Counted from the first letter of the stretch, positions 1 to 8,601 are shown. The stretch: 40,312 nt of DNA from a virus (IMGVR_UViG_3300010362_000049:1-40312); one strand, 5' to 3'. Notes: a model not told the origin generated them from the sequence alone. Made by a program: numbers and translations.

Positions 1-87
1 GGTTCCTCGCAATTGCATCGCCCCATTCCCATGCATCGCGATCCGTGACGCCGATTACCTCAATCGACAAGCGGACAAGACGCTTCT

Positions 88-603
88 TCATTTCTGCTCC
101 TGCGGCTCGGGGCGCTCGGCTCGAACCCCTTCGCGATAAACAGCGCACAGCCAGTAGTAACTGATGCCCTTGTTGCTCGCACACGCCAATAGTTCCCGCC
201 GAATCTGCAATGGCACATCCTCTTCCGTCGGAAAAGGATGGTGCGTGCACATCGTCGCGCCACAGTCAGGGCAGAAGGGCGAGTGAATCTCGCTCAACAC
301 GGACGGCTTAGGCTGATAGGCTGGCCCCACCATCAGTTCCTTCGATGCTCCCACATGGCAGGGACAGTTGCATTCGTAACCGTCGGGTTTACCCTCGCAA
401 CAAGGGCCTCGCACTTCCTCGGGGCGCTCTGTGTCTGCGAGGGCGGCTTCGAGTTGATCCCGCCACTGGACGACATCTTCAATCAGCAAGCCTTCTTCGT
501 TGCCGAGCCAGTCGTTTATGCTCGCCAACAAAGCGCGCAGCCGTGCGATCGTGCGGTCAGATGTCGAAGTCCTCGAGAGGACGATATAAGCCTCAGGTCT
601 CAT
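88..603 (-). CDS. Hypothetical phage protein with Cys/His clusters
   Basis: 171 aa ORF with CNCPCH and CPDCG motifs; ATGA coupling with neighbours. Confidence 0.65.
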   Translation of the reverse strand: MRPEAYIVLSRTSTSDRTIARLRALLASINDWLGNEEGLLIEDVVQWRDQLEAALADTERPEEVRGPCCEGKPDGYECNCPCHVGASKELMVGPAYQPKPSVLSEIHSPFCPDCGATMCTHHPFPTEEDVPLQIRRELLACASNKGISYYWLCAVYREGVRAERPEPQEQK

Positions 604-809
604 GAACGGGCCTTGAGATCGTGCGTGACGCGTTTCGTGCGCGTCTCTGTCAGTTCGTAAATGCCAACCTGTTCACCGTCTTCAATCTGATCGGTGCTCT
701 CGCTGGCATTGAGCCAGGACAGAGTCGAATCGCTCGGGTCCGTCTCCCGGTTCACGTAAATTCGCTTCGGCAGCCGTTCCTTTGTCGGCATTGGTGACCT
801 CTTCCGCAT
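600..809 (-). CDS. Hypothetical protein, paralog of 6830..7129
   Basis: LPKRIYVNRE...DGEQVGIYELTETRTKRVTHDL aligns with FPPLVYVRIE...DGELIGVYGLTSVRRQVVTREL. Confidence 0.7.
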   Translation of the reverse strand: MRKRSPMPTKERLPKRIYVNRETDPSDSTLSWLNASESTDQIEDGEQVGIYELTETRTKRVTHDLKARS

Positions 810-1107
810 TGGTGACCTCTTCCGCTTGTTGATGACGCTCTCGCCGTTGCCGGATCCGTCCGACCGACACGGCGACCGTCGCGTAGGACGTGCCGAGGAT
901 GTCGGCGATCGCTTGATGCGACGCGCCCACTCCCTTCAGCAAGCCGATAATGTCCTGCTGACTGACATGCTGGAGAAGCTGCGCGGCGAGTAATGTGTTC
1001 GTGATCTTGACCTGAACAAGCAACTGTTCAAATGGCGGCTGCATCGGAATCGTCAGCGGCCCAGGCCGCCGGCTCCGTTGTCGTGAGAGTTGCGTTTTTT
1101 TAGCCAT
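682..1107 (-). CDS. Helix-turn-helix DNA-binding protein
   Basis: GASHQAIADILGTSYATVAVSVGRIR is a typical HTH (sigma region-4-like) pattern. Confidence 0.65.
   Translation of the reverse strand: MAKKTQLSRQRSRRPGPLTIPMQPPFEQLLVQVKITNTLLAAQLLQHVSQQDIIGLLKGVGASHQAIADILGTSYATVAVSVGRIRQRRERHQQAEEVTNAEEVTNADKGTAAEANLREPGDGPERFDSVLAQCQREHRSD
788..825. repeat. 18-bp tandem duplication
   Basis: gcattggtgacctcttcc twice; duplicates the RBS plus ATG of the 600..809 gene and gives AEEVTN x2 in the overlapping ORF. Confidence 0.85.
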
Positions 1108-1355
1108 TACTTGTTCGGTGCGTCCTGCGCCAGCGGAATCAGGAACGAGCGCCCGTCGACGCCGACAGGCCGATAAACCAGACCGGCGCTGGTCTTACAG
1201 CAGCGCTCGAAATTCCCGGCCGTCCCTTCGCCTCGCGTTTGCAGCGTGCCGTCGGTCTGCACACTCAGCACATCGCCCGGTTGACTCGGCGAGCCGTCAT
1301 CGCGGTGGAGATCCGGCCGCGCGTTGACGGTGAGCGTGTATTCTTCGCCGTCCAT
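1107..1355 (-). CDS. Hypothetical protein, 5'-shortened paralog of 7026..7391
   Basis: Shares PSQxGDVLSVQxDG...ERCxKT...VYRP...PLAxDAPNK; similarity continues upstream of the ATG (ATADQLNAM vs LASDQLIDV). Confidence 0.7.
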   Translation of the reverse strand: MDGEEYTLTVNARPDLHRDDGSPSQPGDVLSVQTDGTLQTRGEGTAGNFERCCKTSAGLVYRPVGVDGRSFLIPLAQDAPNK

Positions 1356-1396
1356 GGCGTTGAGTTGGTCGGCGGTTGCTGCTAAGTACCTCAGGC

Positions 1397-1441
1397 GCTG
1401 ATTTGAAGCGCGCCTAATTACATCAGGCGCTTCAAATCAGC
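1397..1441. repeat. Inverted repeat / hairpin downstream of the replication gene
   Basis: gctgatttgaagcgc (1397-1411) and gcgcttcaaatcagc (1427-1441), perfect 15-bp arms. Confidence 0.8.
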
Positions 1442-1557
1442 TTGTTGCTACTAACCATCCAGATCTTCTTACTGGTACCGGTACCGGATCGCGCGCGTAA
1501 CGCGCGCGCGCCCGAGTCCGCGAGGTGTCCGCTTGGATTCCACGCGGACGGCATAAC

Positions 1558-1923
1558 TCATGCCCGCCCATTTCCACCACGTTCCGCGGCCTTCCGCTCA
1601 CGATCGGCTCGCCGCTTCCTCTTGATATCTAAGGCACTAGGGTTATAGTCACGAAAGTCATGAATGCGGTAGCCGCTCTCGTGTTTGTCAAACAAGCCTG
1701 CGTGCACAAGCGCGTCAGCGATGGACGTAGGGTTAATGACATAGCGCGAAAAACTTTTGACTACGGCATTTGACAAAACGCCATCGGTCAGATGGCGGTT
1801 ACTCCACATCAGAGCCATCGAGTAGAACCCGATCACCAGGCAATGCGTATGCGGGCCGAGTTGATCGGCGGCCTCGGTGACCTTCGGGTGATCGAAGAGT
1901 TCGTCGGCCAGCCGCGACCACAT
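1558..1923 (-). CDS. Phage replication initiator / replisome organizer, N-terminal domain
   Basis: W..L.D....HPKV...W...LTDG.....LV.AGL......Y.IHDF.DYNPS followed by a basic coiled segment; typical of this family. Confidence 0.75.
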   Translation of the reverse strand: MWSRLADELFDHPKVTEAADQLGPHTHCLVIGFYSMALMWSNRHLTDGVLSNAVVKSFSRYVINPTSIADALVHAGLFDKHESGYRIHDFRDYNPSALDIKRKRRADRERKAAERGGNGRA

Positions 1924-2132
1924 CAGGGCTCCGTCACGTCAGCGACCTGATGTGATTTCCCGAAGGCTTCGATCGTCTGCGCGAGCACGCGGGCATCGTG
2001 CACCGTCGACGGCGGCACGCCGATCGACTCAGCGAAAAGCACCCATTGCAAGATCGCCATTTCAGCCAGACCAAGGGTCGAGTGCAGCGAGCGCACCGCA
2101 CTCATACGGATCGTGTCGACCGTCGCAAACAT
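1923..2132 (-). CDS. Hypothetical protein
   Basis: 69 aa, TGATG-coupled to the rep gene. Confidence 0.55.
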   Translation of the reverse strand: MFATVDTIRMSAVRSLHSTLGLAEMAILQWVLFAESIGVPPSTVHDARVLAQTIEAFGKSHQVADVTEP

Positions 2133-2135
2133 GCG

Positions 2136-2441
2136 TCACGCCTTTCGGTTGTCAAAAATCACGCGCCAGGTGCGCGCGTCACGTACCACGCAGTGCCGGG
2201 CACAGGTGTTCGCGAAGTCGATCGCGGGCCCATGCGCGAGAAACTGACCGCCTTTTTTCCAGCCGCGATCGGTGTCGACTAAGGCGACGCAGGCCGATCG
2301 GCGCGACTGATACGGCTCGATGAAATCGTCGGTGTACCGCGCATCGTCGGACTCACGATCGTCGAGGCGATGCCGGCGCCCACTCACGCGCGCCTGACGC
2401 ATCGCGCGCTGCTCACGTGCGATCACGTGCGGGTGCCTCAT
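2136..2441 (-). CDS. Hypothetical protein
   Basis: 101 aa ORF filling the operon, ATGA overlap upstream. Confidence 0.5.
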   Translation of the reverse strand: MRHPHVIAREQRAMRQARVSGRRHRLDDRESDDARYTDDFIEPYQSRRSACVALVDTDRGWKKGGQFLAHGPAIDFANTCARHCVVRDARTWRVIFDNRKA

Positions 2442-2605
2442 GGCTCACCGTCGTCGGCGTCCAGCTCCATTTTCTTCGCGTCGATCGCGGACTCCGCGCG
2501 ATCCACTAGGTCTTCGAGCACCTCGAGGTACGCGGTGTCACTGAGTTCCGCGGCGCGGGCGATCTCGCCGAGGTATGTTTCATTGCGACGAATCCAGTCG
2601 GTCAC
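2438..2605 (-). CDS. Small hypothetical protein (55 aa, not in ORF track)
   Basis: GTG start, MTDWIRRNETYLGEIARAAELSDTAYLEVLEDLVDRAESAIDAKKMELDADDGEP; 4-bp overlaps at both ends. Confidence 0.65.
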   Translation of the reverse strand: MTDWIRRNETYLGEIARAAELSDTAYLEVLEDLVDRAESAIDAKKMELDADDGEP

Positions 2606-2754
2606 GAGTCACCTTCGTCAGTGTCCTCGTCTTCTTCTTCGTCGGTGTCGGTGTCTTCGTCGCGCTCGTCTTCGTCGGGGACCGTCGTCACCGGCGACTC
2701 AGCCGGAAACGGAATGGTGCGATCGGCGGGTGTGTCGTCAGGCATGGCCGGCAT
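2602..2754 (-). CDS. Small highly acidic protein (50 aa, not in ORF track)
   Basis: MPAMPDDTPADRTIPFPAESPVTTVPDEDERDEDTDTDEEEDEDTDEGDS; GAAAGG upstream of the start. Confidence 0.6.
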   Translation of the reverse strand: MPAMPDDTPADRTIPFPAESPVTTVPDEDERDEDTDTDEEEDEDTDEGDS

Positions 2755-2758
2755 CCTT

Positions 2759-3751
2759 TCACAAACGAACGATGTCGAGCGTAAAGCGACCTTTCGGATC
2801 GGTTGTCGTGTATTGCTTTTTCAAGTCGGCGGGTAACTCGATGTGCGACTGCGCACCCCACTTACCCCGAATGTGGAAATGGCCGACGATGCCGCGAAGC
2901 ACGCCGCGCAACCGCTGCTTGACCTCTTTGTCGAGCGAGTCGAAATCATGACCGGCGCCCTTCAAGCTCTCGCGCCGCTCTAACAGCGATTCCAATTCAG
3001 GATCGGTGAGCACGTCGATCGGACCCGCACTCAGTGGCGGGTTACAGGTGTGACCGTAGAACGGGCATCGCTGGCATTCGACGGGATCATCGAGAAAGTC
3101 TGGTAGAGTGCCGGCCTGGTGATGGTCTAACACACGCTCGGCGCGCGTGAGAAAATCTTCCATCGCATCTAAGTGCCGGTCGAGTTCGACCGGCAGCAAC
3201 CGCGGCAACCCGGAGCGGTCAAGCAACAGATACCCGCACGGCTCGCCGGCGCCGTACAGATACGCGAGCAACTGATACGCACCGCTGCGCGTCCACGGTG
3301 AGTTGAAGAGATCGTCGAACGTGTCGATCCGGTCGACTAAGAACGGCGCCCAGGCCTTCACCTCGAGCGGCGCATTCTGACCGTTCGTGCGAATGCGCGC
3401 GTCGACTTTGCCCGTGATCGCCACGCGGCCTTTGCGGTCACGTAACTGGAACCGCTCTTGATGACTGACTACCTCGAACTCGGGCTGCGCGAAGCGGCCG
3501 ACGCGCGTCAGATCGATCAGCAAGTCACGTTCGCGGTCGGCGCCGCGGCGGAACTTGGCGAGGACTTCAGCGGGCCACGGCGGTTGACTGGCGGGTGCGA
3601 CTAATTCGAGCGCCATGCGGCGCTCGCACGTGCGATAGGCTGAGGCGTAGACGTGATCGTGCGGCGCCGGCCGCGCGGATCGATCGCTGATCAGATACGC
3701 GGCCCACGCCTGACTAACATTCGTCGCGATGTCTGCCGCCGCGATCGCCAC
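2759..3751 (-). CDS. Cas4-like PD-(D/E)xK exonuclease
   Basis: ITGKVDA...LEVK and QLLAYL motifs; N-terminal Cys (TCERR) plus C-terminal CxxCxxxxxxC cluster ligands. Confidence 0.85.
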   Translation of the reverse strand: MAIAAADIATNVSQAWAAYLISDRSARPAPHDHVYASAYRTCERRMALELVAPASQPPWPAEVLAKFRRGADRERDLLIDLTRVGRFAQPEFEVVSHQERFQLRDRKGRVAITGKVDARIRTNGQNAPLEVKAWAPFLVDRIDTFDDLFNSPWTRSGAYQLLAYLYGAGEPCGYLLLDRSGLPRLLPVELDRHLDAMEDFLTRAERVLDHHQAGTLPDFLDDPVECQRCPFYGHTCNPPLSAGPIDVLTDPELESLLERRESLKGAGHDFDSLDKEVKQRLRGVLRGIVGHFHIRGKWGAQSHIELPADLKKQYTTTDPKGRFTLDIVRL

Positions 3752-3754
3752 TGG

Positions 3755-4732
3755 TCAACCCTCTTGACCGGGCTCGCGGTGAAACGGAATCTCGGCTGCG
3801 GTGAGCGGCGCCGATGTCGGACTAACAGTGGGCGCCGGACCTGTCGTCGGACTCACGGGCGGGCTCGCCGCGGCCGAAGATGCGGGCGCCGCGGCCTTCT
3901 GTTTCTGCACCCAGTCGGCGGCATCGACAAAGAACCGCTTGTCTTTGTGCGATTCCCATTTCGGGCACCCGTAGAACGGCTTGCGGTCACCTTTGGCCGG
4001 CCGAAACACCGCGGCGGTACCGCAGTGCGGGCACATCGGTGGATCGACGTCGGGTGCTTTCTCGCTGCGAGCACCGACGGCGCGCTCACTACGTGAGCCG
4101 AAGCCGCGGCCGAGGCGACATTGTTCGACTTGTTTCGTGGTCCCGATCCACGCTGCGCGCAGGTCTTCGATCGGCACCGACTTCATGCCGGCGAGTTCGC
4201 GCGTGATGCCGCCGTCGAGATTCGCGCGTGCCGCTTTGCGGACTAACAATTCGCGCTCGACGCCGAACTTGTCTTTGCAGAACTCGTCGGTCGACGAGCG
4301 CCCGCCTTCCATCTGTTCGATCGTCTGTCGCGTCAACTTGCAGCGACCGGACCCGCGGACTAAGTAGTGATACTCGTCGGGATTCGTGCCGGCAATTTTT
4401 TCTGGCGGCGAGATGTCGAAGATTTCGATACCCCACAAGTCACGCACGCGATCGGCGCCGGCATCCTGGAGGTACGCGACCACCTGCCCGCCGTGTTCGT
4501 CAGGCGCTTTGTGCAGCACCCAGTCGGGCGGTGACGTCGCCCGAATCGAGGCGGTGCGTAACGTCGCGATGACTTGCACGCGCGCTTCGATGACCGCCGT
4601 GGCTTCACCTTTCAGCGCGGCGAGCTCGGACAAGGTGACGGGAATCTGCGGCGAGCGCAGCGCGAGCTGCCGCGGCGGAGTCACCTCACCTGTCTCGGTG
4701 TCGATGTCGATCGGTTCAGTGTCGGTCGGCAT
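3755..4732 (-). CDS. Putative recombination / single-strand annealing protein with C-terminal zinc ribbon
   Basis: Adjacent to the exonuclease; CPHCG...FYGCPKW zinc ribbon; disordered tail ending EIPF; GGAG before ATG 4732. Confidence 0.65.
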   Translation of the reverse strand: MPTDTEPIDIDTETGEVTPPRQLALRSPQIPVTLSELAALKGEATAVIEARVQVIATLRTASIRATSPPDWVLHKAPDEHGGQVVAYLQDAGADRVRDLWGIEIFDISPPEKIAGTNPDEYHYLVRGSGRCKLTRQTIEQMEGGRSSTDEFCKDKFGVERELLVRKAARANLDGGITRELAGMKSVPIEDLRAAWIGTTKQVEQCRLGRGFGSRSERAVGARSEKAPDVDPPMCPHCGTAAVFRPAKGDRKPFYGCPKWESHKDKRFFVDAADWVQKQKAAAPASSAAASPPVSPTTGPAPTVSPTSAPLTAAEIPFHREPGQEG

Positions 4733-4734
4733 AG

Positions 4735-4932
4735 TCACTCCACCCGCGCGTTTCGGCAGCGCAACGGACACACCGTAAGAACACGCGCCCAGGCTCGATG
4801 CAGAGCACCCAGCAGTGCCCAGCGAGGCGACAGCGAATCACGATCCAATTGAAGGACCGTAAGCGCGAACACAATCGCGAGCAGCAGAAACCAGAGCGCG
4901 AGCGCGATCGTGAGCGCATCGAGCCACATCAC
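4735..4932 (-). CDS. Small membrane protein
   Basis: N-terminal hydrophobic helix, coupled to the Cro-like gene. Confidence 0.55.
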   Translation of the reverse strand: MMWLDALTIALALWFLLLAIVFALTVLQLDRDSLSPRWALLGALHRAWARVLTVCPLRCRNARVE

Positions 4933-5186
4933 TCGGCCACCTTGCTCCGGCGGCGCCGCTTGAAGGAAGCCAGCGGAATGCGAGCGTACGCAACTAAGCG
5001 AGCCGCGAGGTCGGCCTTCGGGACCGTTAAGCCGCGGACAAAGCGAGAGATGGCGGGCTGCGACGTACGCACGTGTCGCGCGATGTTGGCTTGCGTGTCG
5101 TGCGTCTCAGCCATGTAGCTTCGGAGGTCCGCGTACGAGCGACGCAAGCGACGGCGAATCTGGCGCATTCCGTTCTGAGGTTTCAC
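4929..5186 (-). CDS. Cro-like XRE helix-turn-helix protein
   Basis: TQANIARHVRTSQPAISRFVRG HTH; divergent from the CI-like gene. Confidence 0.8.
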   Translation of the reverse strand: MKPQNGMRQIRRRLRRSYADLRSYMAETHDTQANIARHVRTSQPAISRFVRGLTVPKADLAARLVAYARIPLASFKRRRRSKVAE

Positions 5187-5189
5187 AGC

Positions 5190-5421
5190 CTCGATGGTTT
5201 ATGCGATCTCGAATCACGTTGTCAAATTCTGTATAGGCTGGCGCTGCGGCGAGCGACCTAAACGGCGGATTTAGGCCGGAAAACGTGATTATTCATTTCC
5301 GCATATACAAGGCACCGAGAGAGAGCATATGCTTTAAGGCGCGGGCGGCGATGTTGCAAAGGACTGCTAAAAGTGCATCTAAGGCTTCAGAACGTGCGTC
5401 CAAAGAGTGCTAACGTGCGTC
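5190..5421. promoter_or_regulatory. Lysis/lysogeny switch region with candidate promoter and operators
   Basis: TTGACA on - strand at 5220-5225; inverted pair aatcacgtt (5212) / aacgtgatt (5282); direct repeat aacgtgcgtc at 5391 and 5412. Confidence 0.5.
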
Positions 5422-5825
5422 TTCGGAAAACAGCAGCGGCGAGGTCACCAGTGGCGAACGGTAAGGCGGGCCGATCGAAAGATGCCGTGGCTCGTGAGCG
5501 CATCCGCGAATGGATGCGGATTCATCACATGAGTCAGAATCGCCTGGCGCGATTGATCGATCGGCCGCAACCGTGGCTCAGCCGATACCTGAAGAATACC
5601 GGCGAGAGTGCCGAGCTACTGGAAACGCTTGCGCGAATCGCGGCAGTCTTCGGCCATTCGCTGAGCGCTCTGGTCGACTCACCAGCCGACCCGGCCGAGG
5701 CCGAAGTGGTCACCCTTTACCAGAACCTACCCGACCGCGCACGACCGGCGCTGCTGAATTTATTGCGGAAGATGCAGCCTGCCGATGCGGTCGATGCGCC
5801 GACCGATCGGCAAAGGCGAGAATGA
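5373..5825 (+). CDS. CI-like XRE repressor (true start may be GTG 5451)
   Basis: MSQNRLARLIDRPQPWLSRYL HTH, LARIAAVFG, and a C-terminal LYQNLP..R..LL helix. Confidence 0.8.
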   Translation: MHLRLQNVRPKSANVRLRKTAAARSPVANGKAGRSKDAVARERIREWMRIHHMSQNRLARLIDRPQPWLSRYLKNTGESAELLETLARIAAVFGHSLSALVDSPADPAEAEVVTLYQNLPDRARPALLNLLRKMQPADAVDAPTDRQRRE

Positions 5826-6106
5826 ATCGATGAAACGCGCGATCGACGTCAGGCGGGACACATCGACGCCGCACCGTTAATTCCAGCCGTTCGCCGGCTG
5901 TGACGCGCATCACATAACGCCGCTGGGAAGACGCAGACGCCACGGATCACCTCGCGAAAAAGAAGCCTGGGCGGGACGATTCGACAACCACGATCGGCAA
6001 CCGTAAACCCGATATCGTGTTTGTGCAATGCATAAAGCGATGCATTTGTAACAGCGGTGCAGCGCCAGTGCAAGGCATAGGGCACCCGCGTCAGACGCAA
6101 GCGGAC

Positions 6107-6136
6107 TTGACAGCGCACAACGTATTAGCGTATTCA
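6107..6136 (+). promoter_or_regulatory. Candidate sigma70 promoter
   Basis: TTGACA at 6107, weak -10 (TATTCA) 18 nt downstream, upstream of the + strand small-gene cluster. Confidence 0.4.
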
Positions 6137-6193
6137 CTCGCGCATAAGATGCCGGCACCTGAGAATAGAAACAGGCGAACAGAAGGAGTAACG

Positions 6194-6388
6194 ATGCTGA
6201 CCACACGTGAACTGGCGCAGCGCGGCGCCGCGATTCGCTACACGGAAATTCAGCATGAGATACGACAACTCAAGACGTTTCTGCGGACCAACCTCAAGCG
6301 CCGCGGCCCGCGGGTGATGTCGGCTGAGGCACGAAAGAAAATCAGCCTGGCGCTGCGGCGCCGATGGGCCGAGCGCCACGCCGCGTGA
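6194..6388 (+). CDS. Small basic protein
   Basis: AAGGAG RBS; MSAEARKKISLALRRRWAE NUMOD3-like motif. Confidence 0.7.
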   Translation: MLTTRELAQRGAAIRYTEIQHEIRQLKTFLRTNLKRRGPRVMSAEARKKISLALRRRWAERHAA

Positions 6389-6419
6389 CTCTCACTAAGG
6401 TGCACGTGAGGCTTCTCAA

Positions 6420-6617
6420 ATGGAGTACGTGATCTGGTCGATCGAACATCAGGCCTGGTGGCGCGCGGGCCGAATGGGATACGCGATCACGTTGGCCGAG
6501 GCCGGACGCTATGGCGAGCGCGAGGCCGCGGCGATCATCAAAAAGGCGAACTACCCGCCGGGCACGTTTCACGAGTGCATGATTCCGGTCACCGCATTCG
6601 GCGACCGCGTAGACTAA
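6420..6617 (+). CDS. Hypothetical phage protein
   Basis: YVIWSIEH.AWW....GY.....AGRY pattern seen in small phage proteins. Confidence 0.65.
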   Translation: MEYVIWSIEHQAWWRAGRMGYAITLAEAGRYGEREAAAIIKKANYPPGTFHECMIPVTAFGDRVD

Positions 6618-6624
6618 CGATGCG

Positions 6625-6828
6625 ATGAACTGGTTTGCCGAGCAGCGCCAGAGTTGGATCGCGGAAATGCTGGACGTCTACGGCTTCATCAATCGCGAGC
6701 ACCTCGAGCGGAAATTTCGCATCTCGACGCCGCAGGCCTCGATGGACTTACAACGCTTCGCCCGCGCGCACCCGCGCCACGTGCACTATGACGTGTCGCG
6801 GAAGTGCTACGTGCGGGTCACCGACTAA
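6625..6828 (+). CDS. Stand-alone winged-HTH resembling the N-terminus of WYL regulators
   Basis: GFINREHLERKFRISTPQASMDLQRF...YDVSRKCY. Confidence 0.7.
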   Translation: MNWFAEQRQSWIAEMLDVYGFINREHLERKFRISTPQASMDLQRFARAHPRHVHYDVSRKCYVRVTD

Positions 6829-6829
6829 C

Positions 6830-7129
6830 ATGCGGGCGCCGAAGTTTCCGCCGCTTGTGTATGTCCGCATCGAGCGCCTGCGGGAAGACCGTGACGAATG
6901 GCACCTCTTCGCGTACGATGTGCCGCCAGAAGACACACCCGACGGCGAACTGATTGGCGTGTATGGGCTGACCAGCGTACGGCGTCAGGTCGTCACCCGC
7001 GAGCTAGTCGAGAAAGGAACCGCTCATGACAAAGCTTCACGTCGAACCCGCCGCCACCGAAGCAGTCACGTTGCCGAGCCTGGGCGTGATCGAATGCCTA
7101 GCGTCCGATCAGCTGATCGACGTCGGTAA
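6830..7129 (+). CDS. Hypothetical protein, paralog of 600..809
   Basis: ATG at 6830 within the 6635..7129 ORF; internal paralogy. Confidence 0.65.
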   Translation: MRAPKFPPLVYVRIERLREDRDEWHLFAYDVPPEDTPDGELIGVYGLTSVRRQVVTRELVEKGTAHDKASRRTRRHRSSHVAEPGRDRMPSVRSADRRR

Positions 7130-7391
7130 CAACGAATTCACCGCGACGATCGGCGCGCGGCCGGACATCTCGCGCAACGGCTTACCCATCGATGATCCGA
7201 ACTGTCAGCCGTCACAAGCGGGTGATGTGCTCAGCGTTCAACCGGATGGCAAGCGGCAGGCGAGGCCGGCCGGCACGACCGGCGCCTATGAACGGTGCGC
7301 GAAGACCGGCGCCGGCGCCGTCTATCGGCCGATGGGCAAAGACGGGCGTACCTTCATCGTCCCGCTGGCGCCCGATGCGCCAAACAAGTGA
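7026..7391 (+). CDS. Hypothetical protein, paralog of 1107..1355
   Basis: AAAGGA RBS; strong internal paralogy. Confidence 0.75.
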   Translation: MTKLHVEPAATEAVTLPSLGVIECLASDQLIDVGNNEFTATIGARPDISRNGLPIDDPNCQPSQAGDVLSVQPDGKRQARPAGTTGAYERCAKTGAGAVYRPMGKDGRTFIVPLAPDAPNK

Positions 7392-7400
7392 GCCCGCATC

Positions 7401-8576
7401 ATGGCAACTCTCACGCCGACTGAGACTTACATCGCACTGGTGCAAGGCGCGAGCGGCGCGGCGCCGGCACCGCGACCGCTCGATCGCCGCACATTGCACG
7501 CCTCGTACTGCTCGCATCGCGACAGCACCGGTGAAGTCGTCTTCGATCCGATCTACTTCGGTGTGCTGTGGGCTGACGGCAATCGAGCCCGCATCGATGA
7601 CTGCCTGGCGACCAAGCGCGGCCTCGGCGTCGACGCGATTCAACTGTGCGTCCAAGGCGGGTACGGAAGTTACTTCGGCGGGCGCACGTTTGATTTTCGG
7701 AGTCACCCGAGTCAGTACGGCGACCTCTGCACCTACATGCGCGATGCCGGCTTTGTCCCGATCATTCTCGTCGCGACGGCCGACGGCGGCACCCACAAAG
7801 AGATTTACGACGGGACCATGCAACGCGTCCTCGAGGCCACCGCACATCTCGCGAAGGATGCCTGGTATTGCGCGGGCTACGAACAAAACCTGGATCGCGG
7901 CGGTGCGTATTCAGCGCGACAGCAACACGACGCCGCGCTGCTGATGCGGCAGGTCTGCGGACCTGAGGCGTACTTGATGCTCTGGTTACAGCCGATGCGC
8001 TGCACAATGGCGGCCTACTGGGGCAGTAACAAGGATCACAAACCGACGGCGCCCGACTGGAATCCGATCGACTTTCGATGGGTCACGAGCGCCAGCAATC
8101 CGGCCGAAGGCGCCTGGATTGAAGCCGACGATCCGGCCGGCGGAGGCGAGCAGGAAGCGTGGTACATCGAAGGTGGACTAGAGCTTGACGGGCTCTGGTA
8201 TCAAACGGATCACGGCTCGAATGGACCGAGTTACGCGGCGCCAGGCGGGACACCGGGGCTTGACTCGTTCGGGCAGCCACGTTACTTCGATCGATTGATT
8301 GAAATTTGCGATCGCTTTCTGGCACCGGGCACACCGATGCCGGGTGCAGACGGCTTCATCGACAGCAGCGGGTACCGACATACGGGCGTCTGCCCGTCAC
8401 ATTCGGCGCCCGACTGGTTCCATCAGTCACGTACGCGCGGGCGCCCGACGTTGATCGTCGGTGAGACGGTGCCGTACGAATACACGCGCGACCAGTGCTG
8501 CGATGAAGCGGTCAGCGAGTGCACGCGCGCGCTCGACTCACTGGGCATCACGTCACACGGATGTTGGCGCGCGTAG
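7401..8576 (+). CDS. Putative glycoside-hydrolase-like (TIM barrel) protein, possible lysin
   Basis: Alternating beta/alpha pattern GVDAIQL, GFVPIILV, YCAGYE, LIVGE; the Glu positions resemble clan GH-A (inference). Confidence 0.5.
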   Translation: MATLTPTETYIALVQGASGAAPAPRPLDRRTLHASYCSHRDSTGEVVFDPIYFGVLWADGNRARIDDCLATKRGLGVDAIQLCVQGGYGSYFGGRTFDFRSHPSQYGDLCTYMRDAGFVPIILVATADGGTHKEIYDGTMQRVLEATAHLAKDAWYCAGYEQNLDRGGAYSARQQHDAALLMRQVCGPEAYLMLWLQPMRCTMAAYWGSNKDHKPTAPDWNPIDFRWVTSASNPAEGAWIEADDPAGGGEQEAWYIEGGLELDGLWYQTDHGSNGPSYAAPGGTPGLDSFGQPRYFDRLIEICDRFLAPGTPMPGADGFIDSSGYRHTGVCPSHSAPDWFHQSRTRGRPTLIVGETVPYEYTRDQCCDEAVSECTRALDSLGITSHGCWRA

Positions 8577-8601
8577 TGTAGAATCTGAGGCCGACTAGGC
8601 G

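Noticed and set aside
2759-3751. Cas4-like nuclease as adaptation module for the RAMP system
   Set aside because: Lies far away beside a recombination-type gene, the usual phage context; no cas1/cas2; gapped guides cannot be made by simple spacer capture
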